Counted from the stretch's first letter, positions 9,948 through 20,926 are shown. The stretch is 64,000 nucleotides of DNA from Nitrosopumilus sp. (GCA_965218695.1 OZ244651.1:1536001-1600000), one strand, 5' to 3'. Notes: generated from the sequence alone by a model not told the origin. Numbers and translations are program-made.

Positions 9948-12488
9948 CTATCCCCAGAAGAACTCGTCCAACCCCGACTGCTTTGGCTTCTTTAAGATGC
10001 TGTCAAAATCCAGGCTCATTGATGAGGTAATCTGCTCCAGGGTGGACTCCATGAACTCCATGTATTTTTTGGAGTCGATCTCGTCCCTTCTTGCCTTCTC
10101 GATGGGCTTTACGCCTATCTTGCCTATGACCTTGACGTAGGATATCCTGTCCCCCTTCTTTATCGTCCTGGTATCCTCCAGTTGCTTTGCGGCCTTTATG
10201 TGCTGCGGGACGGTCTTTGTATACTCTGCAGGCGACTTGCTGAGCATGACTGTGAACGTGAGGTCCTTCAGCGGTATCTCCTTTGACTCCACCCTCTTGC
10301 CGTACCCTGCAATCTTTTCTGAGATTGCCCTCTTTGCCTCCTCAAAGTCGCCCTCTGTCTGTATCCTTGAGAGCACCTCGAGGATCTCGCCAAACAGCCT
10401 CTTGATGAACGGAGGCGTGTGCGATTTTTTGCCCGTCAGCCCCTTGACGTCGACCTTTCCGGACTCTGTAACCCCAAAGTAGTTCTTCTTCCTGTTGCTC
10501 AGCACGCAGTACCTGTACTCCTTGTCAATCTCTAGATCAACTCCGTGGTCCCTCTTTGCCTGCTCTATTACCATCCGAATCTGCTGGGGCGTCGGCTTTT
10601 TGATGAACAGCGAGTCCGTATCCCCGTAGAGCACGTTGATTCCGGCAGCCTCGCATTTGTTGATCGTCTCCTGGATGGTATGCCTTCCGATTGCAGTAGT
10701 GGCCTCTGCTGCGGGAAGGAAATACAGCGGGAATATGTCTGCCCCCATTACGCCGTAACTGGCATTCAGAATAACCTTGAGTGCCTGGCTTACCACCGTA
10801 TACTGCTGCCTCTGCTCGTCTGTAAGGGTCTCCTTCCTTGAGAGGCTCTTGTAGTAGTTTACCCTCAAATCCCTCAGGGATCCGATGATCATTGATGTCA
10901 GCCCGTTCCTCTTTGAGCATGCCCAGTGGTTGGTCTGCGGGATTGTGTTCCTCTTGCACTCCTCGTGCGGGCACCTGACAGTCTCGTATGACAGGTTCCT
11001 GACCTTTATGATGCTAGGATACAGGCTTGCAAAGTCCATTACGACCACCTTGAAATGAATCCCCTCCTTGGGGCTGACTACCAGGCCGCCCTTGTACTTT
11101 TTGTCCTTGATTACGGCGTCTGACATGACGTCCCTTGATCTCTGTTTCAGCTCCGCCCTGTTTGGGATGAGGTAGCCCCTGACCCTGTGCTCGTAGTACA
11201 GCAGGCTTCTGATCCACTGCGACACCCCCATTCTTGCAATGTCGTCAACCGGCATCCTTCCAATTCTTGCGATGATTACAAGCAGGTTCATGAGGAGATC
11301 GCCGTTAAAGCTTGTCAGCTGGTATGTGAGGAGGGAGTCGTTGTAGCAGTAGTTTGCAGTCTGGTACAGGGTAAGCTGGTCAAGGTTCATCCCGTAGTCA
11401 ACCTTCTCCCTTCCAAGGAGGGCCTTTGAGACGCTGTTTAGAGAAAAGTCCGTATATGCCTGGCTGAAGGCGTAAATCTGAAACGAGCGGTTGGACATGG
11501 TCCTGTACAGGTCCAGGTGCACGCCCTCCTTTAGCGTGGCAGAGTTCCTCATCATGTAGATTGGAATCTGCGCATCCTCGATTCCAAGCCTCTTGGCCCT
11601 GTGGTAGAGGTATGGCAGGTCAAACTCGTCCCCGTTGTACGTTATCACAAACGGGAATGATCCGATCACCCCAAAGGCGTCCTGCAGCATCTCCTTTTCC
11701 TCCTCGTAAAAGACTACCTTGATCTCATCGCCAAGATCGTTTGTACCCACGGGGACGTCCTCGGTTTTGAGCACAAAGATTTGATCAAAATCGTCTGAAC
11801 CCTTGAAGCCTACTGCGGTGACCTTTTTTTCTGCAATCTTGGGATCCGGAATCCTGTCAGTCTCCGACTCCACCTCTATGTCTACTGCCAGCCTCCTGAT
11901 CCTTGGAATCGGCTGGTTCAGCAGATCCGCCCACTCCGAGATGAACTCCTTGAACTCTTCTGCATCCACCATGCTCTTGCTGTCCACCTTGTCCCACAGC
12001 AGGCTCTTGAGCGCAAGCCTGACCTCCTCGGAGATCTCCATGCTGTGGGGCACTATCTTTCCGTTTTCAGTCTTGTAGTATCTTCCAACCACAAGCCTCC
12101 TGTCGTAAAGGTAGTTCTCATAGTACTTGATGTCCGACTCCCAGGTCTCGATCAGGCTCCTGACGCCCCTGTCTCCTGCGCCGCCTCCGATTGCAAGGGG
12201 GTTTGCGACAGTTATCTTTGACATGTTTGCCGATTCGTCTCTTGCCAGGTCGTGCATCCGTGTAGTCTTTATCTCTAGGACGTCATCCCTGTTCTGAAGG
12301 AATCCCAGCTCGTCCGGGGACAGCCTGGAATAGCAGTACGGCTTGTGTCCGGTGTCGTCCTTCCACAAGAACAGCCTTTTGGACTCGGGATCATAAAACT
12401 TGAGGATTGCAAGATTCAGCGCGCCGTCATATGTTGCCGAGACGAGCATGGACGGGGGTATTGACTCTGTGGTCTGGACTGCCTGCAT
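9948..12488 (-). CDS. polB: Family B DNA polymerase (PolB1)
   Basis: DIE exonuclease motif, YNGDEFD, DFASLYPSII, KVILNASYG, YGDTDS. Confidence 0.97.
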   Translation of the reverse strand: MQAVQTTESIPPSMLVSATYDGALNLAILKFYDPESKRLFLWKDDTGHKPYCYSRLSPDELGFLQNRDDVLEIKTTRMHDLARDESANMSKITVANPLAIGGGAGDRGVRSLIETWESDIKYYENYLYDRRLVVGRYYKTENGKIVPHSMEISEEVRLALKSLLWDKVDSKSMVDAEEFKEFISEWADLLNQPIPRIRRLAVDIEVESETDRIPDPKIAEKKVTAVGFKGSDDFDQIFVLKTEDVPVGTNDLGDEIKVVFYEEEKEMLQDAFGVIGSFPFVITYNGDEFDLPYLYHRAKRLGIEDAQIPIYMMRNSATLKEGVHLDLYRTMSNRSFQIYAFSQAYTDFSLNSVSKALLGREKVDYGMNLDQLTLYQTANYCYNDSLLTYQLTSFNGDLLMNLLVIIARIGRMPVDDIARMGVSQWIRSLLYYEHRVRGYLIPNRAELKQRSRDVMSDAVIKDKKYKGGLVVSPKEGIHFKVVVMDFASLYPSIIKVRNLSYETVRCPHEECKRNTIPQTNHWACSKRNGLTSMIIGSLRDLRVNYYKSLSRKETLTDEQRQQYTVVSQALKVILNASYGVMGADIFPLYFLPAAEATTAIGRHTIQETINKCEAAGINVLYGDTDSLFIKKPTPQQIRMVIEQAKRDHGVDLEIDKEYRYCVLSNRKKNYFGVTESGKVDVKGLTGKKSHTPPFIKRLFGEILEVLSRIQTEGDFEEAKRAISEKIAGYGKRVESKEIPLKDLTFTVMLSKSPAEYTKTVPQHIKAAKQLEDTRTIKKGDRISYVKVIGKIGVKPIEKARRDEIDSKKYMEFMESTLEQITSSMSLDFDSILKKPKQSGLDEFFWG

Positions 12489-12489
12489 T

Positions 12490-13011
12490 TTACACCCTCT
12501 CGTATTTTTTTGCCAGCTCCCTTACCCACCCTGCGATGGGCTCCCTGTCCAGTATGATGCACTCTGCGCCTGCCTCCTTTAGCAGTCCGCCGTCATCCTC
12601 CGGGTACGACTCTAGGCAGACAAATCTCTTGATTCCTGCAGTTATTGCCAGCTTGGTACACTCCATGCACGGCACGTACGTGGTGTACATGATGGAGCCC
12701 CCTCCTGTTGTTATGCCCAGGATTGCACAGTGGACTATTGCGTTTGACTCTGCGTGGTTGCACAGGCATCTCTCGAGGGATGCGCCGGACTCTATCTTTC
12801 CCTCCATCCTAAGCGTGCATCTTTTGCATCCGCCCTCAAAACAGTTCGTGACTCCAGGCGGCGTGCCGTTGTACCCTGCGGACAGCTGTATGTGGTTTCT
12901 GACTATGACTGCGCCCACCTTTCTGGTCATGCAGTTGGAGCGGAGCTTTACCAGCTCTGCCTGCAGCATAAAATACTCATTCCAGCTAGGCCTTGCAAAC
13001 CCCGTACTCAT
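12490..13011 (-). CDS. dCMP deaminase family protein
   Basis: RPSWNEYF, VGAVIV, GYNG, HAE, PCxxC. Confidence 0.93.
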   Translation of the reverse strand: MSTGFARPSWNEYFMLQAELVKLRSNCMTRKVGAVIVRNHIQLSAGYNGTPPGVTNCFEGGCKRCTLRMEGKIESGASLERCLCNHAESNAIVHCAILGITTGGGSIMYTTYVPCMECTKLAITAGIKRFVCLESYPEDDGGLLKEAGAECIILDREPIAGWVRELAKKYERV

Positions 13012-13118
13012 GTAGGTTCATTGCCTGCTCCATATATTAGACTGCTGGACTGGAAGGCATCATCCAATGCCGCATCGCGTGTTTACGAAGACATAAAATC
13101 TGTAGTCGATGATTCTGT

Positions 13119-14642
13119 GTGTTGACAGAGTACGTTGAGAAAAAGTACGTCCGAAAGGATTCCATGGAACTGAGGGAGTACCAGGTGAATCTTGCGCAGC
13201 AGGCAGTCTCTGAAAACTGCATCGTCGTCCTGCCTACCGGTCTTGGAAAGACTGCAATAGCGCTCCAGGTGATAGCCGAGTATCTCTCAAGGGGAGAGGG
13301 GGGCGTGCTGTTCATGGCACCCACCAGGGTGCTGGTAAACCAGCACTATGAGTTTCTGCAGAAGCATCTTACGCTGGATGATATCTCGCTTGTCACCGGC
13401 AGTGATCCGGTCAAGAAGCGCAAGGGGCTGTGGGGGAACAGCGTAGTGTGTGCGACGCCGGAGATAACAAGAAATGATCTGGACCGGCAGATAGTGTCGC
13501 CTGAACAGTTCAGCCTCGTGGTGTTTGACGAGGTGCACCGGACGGTGGGAGACTATGCCTACTCTGGAATCGCCGAGCGCCTCGTGCACGCGCGGGCCAG
13601 GATTCTGGGCATGACTGCAACGCTTCCAAGCGAGACAGAAAAGGCCACTGAGATCCTCACAAGACTCCGAATATCAAGCGTTGCAGAGAGGACCGAGGAG
13701 AGCCCTGACGTCATACCATACACGCAGAAGACGCACACCGAATGGATAAGGGTGGATCTTCCGCCGGAACTCAAGGCCATTCAGACGCTGCTAAAACTGG
13801 CCCTGGATCAAAGGTATGACACCCTGAAGAGAAACGGCATAAGCATGTCCGGGCAGCAGTCGCTCTCTGCACTGCTTCGAATACGGAACTATGTGCTGAG
13901 CCAGAACAGGCGCTCGGCCAAGCCGCTCTTCACTGCAATCCGAATCCACTACGCATTGAACATACTTGAGGCGCACGGAATCACGCCGTTTTTGGAGTTC
14001 TGCAAGCGCGCACGGGCAAAGAAGGGGGCAGGAGTCAAGGAACTCTTCGAGGTTGATCCCAACTTTACCCGGGCGGTTCATCTTGCCATGGAGGCAAAGT
14101 CCCGGGGATTGGAGCACTCCAAGATTCCCAAACTAAAGGAGATAGTCGGGTCTGCTCCCGGAAAGGTGCTGATCTTTACAAGCTACAGGGACTCTGTTGG
14201 CATGATCTCCGAGAATCTGAACGCTGCGGGGATACCGTGCGGGATTCTGATAGGCAAGTCAGGCGAGGCCGGGTTGAAGCAGAAGGAGCAGATTCAGACC
14301 GTTCAAAAATTCAGGGACGGGGTGTTTCGCGTACTGATTGCCACCCGCGTAGGCGAGGAGGGCCTGGACATTGCCGAGGTAAACCAGGTAATCTTCTATG
14401 ACAACGTCCCAAGCTCCATAAGATACGTTCAGAGGAGGGGCAGGACAGGCAGGAAGGACACTGGAAATCTGGTGGTCTTGATAGCAAAGGACACCATCGA
14501 CGAGGCATACTACTGGATAGGACGCAGAAAGATGGCTGCCGCACGATCCATGGGTGGCCGGATGAGTGCCGTGATTGAGAGGAACCAGCCTGATGAGAAC
14601 CTGCCAGAGGATCCCCCTGCTGGGCTTGATGCGTTTATCTAA
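13119..14642 (+). CDS. Hef/FANCM(Mph1)-like SF2 helicase (no C-terminal nuclease domain)
   Basis: REYQ, LPTGLGKT, DEVH, TAT, EEGLDI, QRRGRTGR. Confidence 0.92.
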   Translation: MLTEYVEKKYVRKDSMELREYQVNLAQQAVSENCIVVLPTGLGKTAIALQVIAEYLSRGEGGVLFMAPTRVLVNQHYEFLQKHLTLDDISLVTGSDPVKKRKGLWGNSVVCATPEITRNDLDRQIVSPEQFSLVVFDEVHRTVGDYAYSGIAERLVHARARILGMTATLPSETEKATEILTRLRISSVAERTEESPDVIPYTQKTHTEWIRVDLPPELKAIQTLLKLALDQRYDTLKRNGISMSGQQSLSALLRIRNYVLSQNRRSAKPLFTAIRIHYALNILEAHGITPFLEFCKRARAKKGAGVKELFEVDPNFTRAVHLAMEAKSRGLEHSKIPKLKEIVGSAPGKVLIFTSYRDSVGMISENLNAAGIPCGILIGKSGEAGLKQKEQIQTVQKFRDGVFRVLIATRVGEEGLDIAEVNQVIFYDNVPSSIRYVQRRGRTGRKDTGNLVVLIAKDTIDEAYYWIGRRKMAAARSMGGRMSAVIERNQPDENLPEDPPAGLDAFI

Positions 14643-14908
14643 TCTCTCATGATGCCATCCAGGATATTTTGTCTTCTCTGTATTATCCTGTTCTTCATTC
14701 CGGATTCCAGGTGGTGTATGCTGCTGCTGTCTTTTGCCTCGAGCAGGCGGTCCAGCCTCAAGTCAAACTGCCTTCGAAGAAAGTCCTCAAGGCCTGTGCC
14801 CTTCATCCCAAGGTTTTCAGACGCATCCGCTGCAAGGCGCGTGATGGATCTTTCCAGGTATGCCAGAATCTCCTCCAGACTCTCCTCGTTTAGCACCATG
14901 ACCTGCAT
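14639..14908 (-). CDS. Small hypothetical protein
   Basis: Helical 89-aa ORF from MQVMVLNEE; stop overlaps the helicase stop. Confidence 0.6.
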   Translation of the reverse strand: MQVMVLNEESLEEILAYLERSITRLAADASENLGMKGTGLEDFLRRQFDLRLDRLLEAKDSSSIHHLESGMKNRIIQRRQNILDGIMRD

Positions 14909-15121
14909 CTTCTCAGAACGGCAAAAAATGTTGCGCCCGGTTCTGTAACCTGTGTCCTGCACCTGCCCCATGCGACAGGGCAGCAGCAGCAGTAGCATCC
15001 AAATGTCACGCAAGCCTCTTGATTATGTGGTATCCAAACTCTGTCTTGACCGGTTCTGACATCTCTCCGATGCGCATCTTGAATGTGGTCTCCTCAAACG
15101 GCTTTACCATTCTGCCTCTTG

Positions 15122-16883
15122 CAGCTAACCCAAAAGTAATTTTGTCCACGTAACGCACATGCGCCAAAACATGGCTGCAGAAGCATTCGACCTAGATGAT
15201 CAGTGTCAACGCACGTCACATCGGACCGCATTCCGGGCTCGGGATGGTTGTTGTGCAGATAAGTGGATTCGGGGATGCACGGCATGCACCACCACACAGG
15301 ACAACCCAGAATCCATAATATCCTTGCCGGGTTTTTATTTAAGCGCACCCGTGCGGCGGCAAGGCGTGCCGTGCAGGCACAAACGCAGCACGCCCCGGGG
15401 AGGCAGCCGGGATGAGCAGACACGGCGTGCCCTCCAATCAGGGGGCAAACAAGATCATGCGCGACTTCCGAAACAACTCCCGGATCCGCTGCCAAATGAT
15501 GCCGGGACTCTGCGACGTCGTCGGGTCGATCGTCCCTCTTCCGGCCGGACGCAACAGGAAATACGGCGTATCGGACCTGAGCGACGGCATGGTGAGGGGA
15601 GCCATCCTTGACACGTCAGTCGGCGGCGCGGCCAACGGCATGCGGTCGGCATCGGAGGCCGGAGACGCAAGGGCAGGCCATGCGGTTCCAAGTGACGAGT
15701 GGTTCCGGCTGAGGCTGCTTGGCATCGACGAGGACAACATGGCGTGCCGGTTCAGGCAGGCAGTCTCTGGGCAGCTGGACCGGCTGGGACAGGCAGGCAT
15801 GCTGCCTGTCGAGGGGCTCACAGTCGCCATAGACATGCACCTGATATCCCGGTATGACCGAACGCGCGGTCCCGAGCTTGCGCGCTCTAGGTACAAAAAC
15901 GGGACAAAATATTTTGAAAGATACATCACCGCCCAAGCAGTCAACCCCGGCGCGCGCCTGAACCTTGCCGCGCTGGGCGTGCCGGCGCTCACGTCAGGCC
16001 CGGACATGGCAGGAGCCGTGCTTGACGGCTGCCTTGCCGCAGGAGCCAAGATCGGCCTTGTCCTGATGGACAGGGAATTTTTTGCAATGCAGACGATCGA
16101 CGCGCTAAACAGCAGGGGAATCGACTACCTCATGCCTGCCAGGAACACCCCCGGGGTGGCAGAGGCGCTGCGGGAGTTTGCAGAAGGCACCAGAAACGCA
16201 GTCTCAGAGTACGTCATGCACGGCCGGGGCAAGTCGGCATCGTGCTTTCTGTCCATAGTGAGGCGAAAGGGCTGCCAAGATCCCAACGCCAAACCAGAAG
16301 AGAAGTACATCGGGTTTGCCACCAGCGTGCCGGGCATAAACCCCGACGCGTATGCCGCCCGATGGGGGATAGAGACCGGATACGCCAAGATAGAGAGCAT
16401 GAGGGCCAAGACGCGCAGCCGCAACCGCGTCGCGCGCCTCTTCTGCTTCCTGTACTCCCTGCTGTTATTCAACCTGTGGGTTGCAGCCAACGCGCTTTTG
16501 GCGTTCCGGTCAGGAGACCATGCCGGCCCCAAGACCACGCAGACTGCGCTAAAGTTCGTGCTGCTGTTGTGGATCCTTGGGCAGCGGCCCGGTCCCGAAC
16601 CCCCGCCGGGCTTGCCTGACTTGCCCGGCGTCCGGCCAGTGCCCGCCTGATCTCATCTGTTGCCTGCCTGCCTGCATGCCGCATGACAGGGCATATTGCG
16701 CACATTTTTTCACGCCGCGTCGATATCTGCACATCACATGGACAGGATGCCAGCACTCCGGGTTTGGGATGCGCGTGTCGGTCGACTAATTCCGTTTTCA
16801 TGGAACCTGCGGGCAGTTTTACATCAGAATGCATGGCATCACGTGTTGGACTTGCGTGTAGTGAATTAGATTTGGGTTAGCTG
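15122..16883 (+). mobile_element. ISH3-family (IS4-like) element
   Basis: TIR CAGCTAACCCAAA; 5-bp TSD TCTTG (15117-15121, 16884-16888). Confidence 0.88.
15412..16650 (+). CDS. ISH3-family transposase (true start may be upstream)
   Basis: VAIDMH, LMDREF, YAARWGIETGY motifs. Confidence 0.88.
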   Translation: MSRHGVPSNQGANKIMRDFRNNSRIRCQMMPGLCDVVGSIVPLPAGRNRKYGVSDLSDGMVRGAILDTSVGGAANGMRSASEAGDARAGHAVPSDEWFRLRLLGIDEDNMACRFRQAVSGQLDRLGQAGMLPVEGLTVAIDMHLISRYDRTRGPELARSRYKNGTKYFERYITAQAVNPGARLNLAALGVPALTSGPDMAGAVLDGCLAAGAKIGLVLMDREFFAMQTIDALNSRGIDYLMPARNTPGVAEALREFAEGTRNAVSEYVMHGRGKSASCFLSIVRRKGCQDPNAKPEEKYIGFATSVPGINPDAYAARWGIETGYAKIESMRAKTRSRNRVARLFCFLYSLLLFNLWVAANALLAFRSGDHAGPKTTQTALKFVLLLWILGQRPGPEPPPGLPDLPGVRPVPA

Positions 16884-17096
16884 TCTTGCAAAATAGCCAA
16901 GGCTGCCGTCCCTTTTTGCACTGCCAGAATCAATTGATACCTCCTTTGCCACCTTTCCAAACTTCTCGCCGCCCCTGATCCTCTCCAGGACGGCTATGGC
17001 CTCGCTCTGTTTTGCGACAAGGATGTGTGAGCACTTTATCTTGTTTGACATGCAGTTTTGTCGCGGTTCTTCTCTTAATTGCTTTTGGATGGGTAA

Positions 17097-18309
17097 GGGT
17101 GTGTCCTAGTAATAAAAAATGCCATCCCATGTACCAGAATGCCAAAGACACGATTGGTGCCAGAACCCGTCGACGCCAACAGTGCCGCACCATCGATCCT
17201 CCACAACCCATAAAATCCCCCAAATCCAAGACACTGTGCGGAGGCTCCGCTAGGAGGCGCGTGTCAAGACGCGCCAGCTATGCTGCAAGTGTCGCGATTT
17301 GATCCTGTGTGAGCCTGCCGTCTTTTGCCTGCAATCTGGCCACGAGCTCGATGTTGTAGCACATGACACGGATCGCAGTCTCCCTTGTCCGGTTCTCGTG
17401 TTTTCGGCACCTGGTGCTGTCCCCGTACATCTTCTTGAGGGCGGCAAAGACTGCCTCGATGATGCTGCGCTGGTGGTATTCCGAGTCAAACCTGTCCCGT
17501 TCATCCATGTACAGGCTTACCATCTCGCGCCACGACTGGCTTCCCCTGGCGTTGCGTATGGTGTTGGATTTTGGCTTGATGCGGGGTACCATTCCCATCG
17601 CAGATATCATGTTGCACATTAGCCTTGCCAGATATGCAGAATCCAGGCAAAAGTCGCCGGTGCCCCGGCCTAACCTGCCGAGCATCGCGTACAGCCCGTT
17701 TATGTCTGCCACTGCGCTGTCAGTTGCCATGCAGTCGATTATCACCCTGGTGCGGATATCCACGATTGCGTGCAGCTTGACCCATCCCTTTCTGGTACGA
17801 AAACTGTCGGTCCTGACGTCAAACCACCTGACAAACCGCAGGTACGAGTACCCGGTACCGTCTGCTGCCAGGGAGCCTGCCTCCACCTCCCTGATGGCAA
17901 TCCGGTGTGCCTCTGCCAGGTACCATTCCGGGATCAGGCCGTAGGCGCGTGCTATCGTGCTCTTGGAGGGAATTTTCTCTAGGCCCATCTTGGCTGCCAT
18001 GGCGCTATTGTTTCGGAGGATGCCGACCATCTTACGGTAGGTCGTGCGCTGTGCCTCAAGCATGATGCAGACAGCTGCCATGGCGCCAGGCGGGTATGCC
18101 GTCATGCCGCCCAGGCCGGGCCTGACGGCGTACGGATCCCCAAGATTCTTGATTATTCCCAGCACGGTATTCAGCATGAGGCCCGACAGGTACTGCTGAA
18201 CCAAATCGTACTGTCGTTGGTCGCGTTTCTTTGTAGTCATTAGGCGATGCCGTGATCCGCCGATCCATATCTTTTGTCATCCGGGGGTATATGCCTCTAG
18301 GACACACCC
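17097..18309 (-). mobile_element. IS5-family (IS903-like) element, copy 2, 1213 bp
   Basis: Near-identical to 5423-6635; 9-bp TSD GATGGGTAA (17088-17096, 18310-18318). Confidence 0.93.
17278..18240 (-). CDS. IS5-family DDE transposase
   Basis: 320 aa; one substitution (V to A) relative to copy 1. Confidence 0.92.
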   Translation of the reverse strand: MTTKKRDQRQYDLVQQYLSGLMLNTVLGIIKNLGDPYAVRPGLGGMTAYPPGAMAAVCIMLEAQRTTYRKMVGILRNNSAMAAKMGLEKIPSKSTIARAYGLIPEWYLAEAHRIAIREVEAGSLAADGTGYSYLRFVRWFDVRTDSFRTRKGWVKLHAIVDIRTRVIIDCMATDSAVADINGLYAMLGRLGRGTGDFCLDSAYLARLMCNMISAMGMVPRIKPKSNTIRNARGSQSWREMVSLYMDERDRFDSEYHQRSIIEAVFAALKKMYGDSTRCRKHENRTRETAIRVMCYNIELVARLQAKDGRLTQDQIATLAA

Positions 18310-18474
18310 GATGGGTAATCTACTCCAAATATGATGGTGCACGATGGCCATAATCTCATCATATTCATTCAGGATCAAAAGACGGTACTTCGAATGGACG
18401 ATCTGATCTGTGCTTGCGTGGGAGGCGGCTTGGTGGGGCTGCCGTCTTGAGGGCGCAGGTTCTGTAATTCCCGG

Positions 18475-18971
18475 TTATACCTTTTTCTTTCCAAGTATGA
18501 TGTTGCGCACCTTTACCATCTTTCTTGCAAGCATGAAACCCGCACCTGACATGCAGCTCCCTATTATGACATGCAGTATGCTGGAGTCCTGCTGTGGTGC
18601 CACCAGCATCACGTATGCAAACCCTGCAATCATCAGCATGACGCCAAAGGCTGCAAAGATTGCCATCATCATTGGGATCCTGGGGGGATTGGGGGAAGTT
18701 CGTTGGCGGATCTTTCGGTGAATCCTGCATCCATGCAGACACTGCAGCAGTGCCTCTGTTTCTTTTCACGCCACACTGATTCCAAAAAATAAAATTCCTG
18801 ATGGCACGAATCACAGGCCCTTTTTGGTATGGTGACCCCTCCGTGGTCGTCAAAGTTCTGGCCCATCTTCTTCATGCATTCCCTGCAAAAGTATCCGTGT
18901 ATGCGCCACTGCTTTTGAAAGTTGTACTTTTTCCATCCCAGCGGCGTGTTGCAGCCGGTGCATGAAGTCAT
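18475..18971 (-). pseudogene. Multi-CxxC zinc-finger protein with C-terminal membrane hairpin, apparently frameshifted in a C6 run (or two coupled small genes)
   Basis: ORF 18971-18669 (four CxxC) and ORF 18672-18475 (2 TM); one extra C at 18682-18687 fuses them. Confidence 0.5.
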
Positions 18972-19125
18972 GCGCGCCCACCACCTGGCCTGCTACCGGC
19001 AGGAATTGCCTTGGCCGCCGCATAATTGCACGCCCCCCAGTGATCTGCAGGGGAATCCCCTGAATCCCCGCAATCCAGACCGCCGGTAAACTGGGTTTGC
19101 CGCCGTATGCCATCGTATCCATATT

Positions 19126-20658
19126 GTATGAATTCACCTGTCCTTCCTGTCACAAAAAAATGATCATACTGATCCATATGCTGGTAATACACATCCCTGT
19201 CCATGGGGAACCCACGGCACATGAACAGGGAACAGCTGGAGAGGGAACTGGCTGAGGAAAGGAAGAAAAATGCCATGCTCGAGTCCAAGATTGAAGAGGT
19301 GCTTGCCAAGATCGAACGTCTTGAAAGGGCCTTGGGGTACAGCGAGCGCATCATGACATACTATACAAACCCCAACACGCCGCCCTCATCTGAATCCCTG
19401 GAATGGAAGGCCCAGAAGAGGGAGCGGGCAAAAAAACAGGAAAAGGGAGACAAAGCCAAGCGCGGGGGAAGAGATGGACACGTGGGGGCGTCGCGCCCCC
19501 GCGACCCGGAAAGGACCGTATCCCACAGGTTCGGGCGCAGGAAGTCGGGCAGGAGACGGGTGCCGGTACTCCCGGAATGCGGGTGCGGCGGCGGCCGGAT
19601 GGCGATTGGCAGTCCGCGCGTGCGGGACATCACGGACATCATGGTGACTGCGTGCGAGACGCGGTACCGCGTGGAGACTGCAATATGCGGCTCATGCGGC
19701 CGCAGGGAAGATGCCCCAAACGACCTGCCGCGGCGGGGCAACTTCGGCAAGGGACTGGTCGGGCTCGTCTCAGAACTGCGCGCGGCACGGGTGCCGCTCA
19801 AGGGAATCTCGGTCGCGGTGCGCTCCATAACGGACATTGAGCTTGCAGGATCCACTGTCAACAACATCATGGCGCGCGTCGGGGACGCCTCGGGCCACGA
19901 GGCAGGCAGGATCCTCGGGGAAGTGGAGGCTTCTGACTGTGCCGGGTTTGACGAGACCAGCTGGCGAAACGACGGCCAGAGGGTGCACGCAAACGTGGCA
20001 CAGTCGGGCAAAAATATCGCAATAAACATCAGCCAGAGCAGGGCCACGCTCATGCTCGATGCCATGGACAAATTTGACGGGGTGGCGATAACTGACGGGT
20101 ACAACGGGTATGACAGGTTTGACAAGGGCGGCATGCACCAGTCGTGCTGGGCGCACGACCTCCGGCAGACAAGACACCTGGCAGAAAAATACTGTGCCGT
20201 GCCTCCCAAGACCAAACGCGTCCGGCGGCGGCGGCAGCTCCACGAGGACCACAAGTGGGTGTTTGAGAGGGCAAAACTGCTGGCCGCGCAGGAGGCGCAC
20301 TCGCCACATCTGCGGCATGCGATGAACCGCACCATGCAGGACGTGCTTGACCGGTACCGCGATGCCGGTGGTGGTAACGATGACGACATGCAAAAGGTGC
20401 TGGACAAGCTCGAGAGGCACCTGCACCGCATGTTTGCGTTCCTGGAGCATCCCGGCGTCGAGCCTACAAACAACGCCAGCGAGAGGGCGCTGCGCTACCT
20501 GGTGGTGTTCCGCAAGATAAGCGGGCAGACCAAGGGTGGGCCCAAGTCCATGAAGCGTCTTGCAGATTTTGTTACATGCGTCCTCACGTGGAGGGCACAT
20601 GGCAAGAGCGTGGCCGAAGAAGTTGGTCGACTGATATAAGGGGCAGGTGAACTCATAC
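19126..20658 (+). mobile_element. IS66-family element, variant A copy 1
   Basis: TIR GTATGAATTCACCTG / CAGGTGAACTCATAC; 8-bp TSD TCCATATT. Confidence 0.94.
19203..20639 (+). CDS. IS66-family transposase
   Basis: PPSS, FDETSW, TDGY, QSCWAH, PTNNASERALR. Confidence 0.93.
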   Translation: MGNPRHMNREQLERELAEERKKNAMLESKIEEVLAKIERLERALGYSERIMTYYTNPNTPPSSESLEWKAQKRERAKKQEKGDKAKRGGRDGHVGASRPRDPERTVSHRFGRRKSGRRRVPVLPECGCGGGRMAIGSPRVRDITDIMVTACETRYRVETAICGSCGRREDAPNDLPRRGNFGKGLVGLVSELRAARVPLKGISVAVRSITDIELAGSTVNNIMARVGDASGHEAGRILGEVEASDCAGFDETSWRNDGQRVHANVAQSGKNIAINISQSRATLMLDAMDKFDGVAITDGYNGYDRFDKGGMHQSCWAHDLRQTRHLAEKYCAVPPKTKRVRRRRQLHEDHKWVFERAKLLAAQEAHSPHLRHAMNRTMQDVLDRYRDAGGGNDDDMQKVLDKLERHLHRMFAFLEHPGVEPTNNASERALRYLVVFRKISGQTKGGPKSMKRLADFVTCVLTWRAHGKSVAEEVGRLI

Positions 20659-20749
20659 TCCATATTCACATCAAATGCTATAAGTTATGCGGATTATGGG
20701 TTCTCCTGCATCATCGGTTGGTGACACAAAATCAGGATCTTCTCCAGAT

Positions 20750-20926
20750 TCACTCGTCTGGCCTGCGCACCATTATGTCATCACCGGAAATGACAAACTT
20801 TAGTTTGTCGGGATTGCCAAGCATTTCAAGTATCGGTTTTGGTATGTAGCTGTAGTTTGTCAGACGCTTCTCGTTTTTGATCACAGAAACGGTAAATTCC
20901 TTGGCGTCTTTGGCCCACTGGGTCAT
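20750..20926 (-). CDS. 58-aa putative AbrB/SpoVT-like DNA-binding protein (not in the ORF track)
   Basis: MTQWAKDAKEFTVSVIKNEKRLTNYSYIPKPILEMLGNPDKLKFVISGDDIMVRRPDE; IPKxIxExLG pattern; homologous remnant at ~55545-55700. Confidence 0.65.
   Translation of the reverse strand: MTQWAKDAKEFTVSVIKNEKRLTNYSYIPKPILEMLGNPDKLKFVISGDDIMVRRPDE

Larger units (their letters stand above)
15006..17051 (-). pseudogene. Parvulin-type peptidyl-prolyl isomerase interrupted by an ISH3-family element
   Basis: N-part CSHILV...SIDSGSAKRDGSLGYFAR rejoins [12 protein letters not shown]...[17 protein letters not shown] (15116-15006). Confidence 0.92.

Noticed and set aside
19361-20669. Long antisense ORFs over IS66 and other genes (also 25167, 50385, 61301, 4152, 44171, 6623)
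   Set aside because: Shadow ORFs of GC-rich coding sequence with no recognisable motifs; recurrence only reflects IS copy identity
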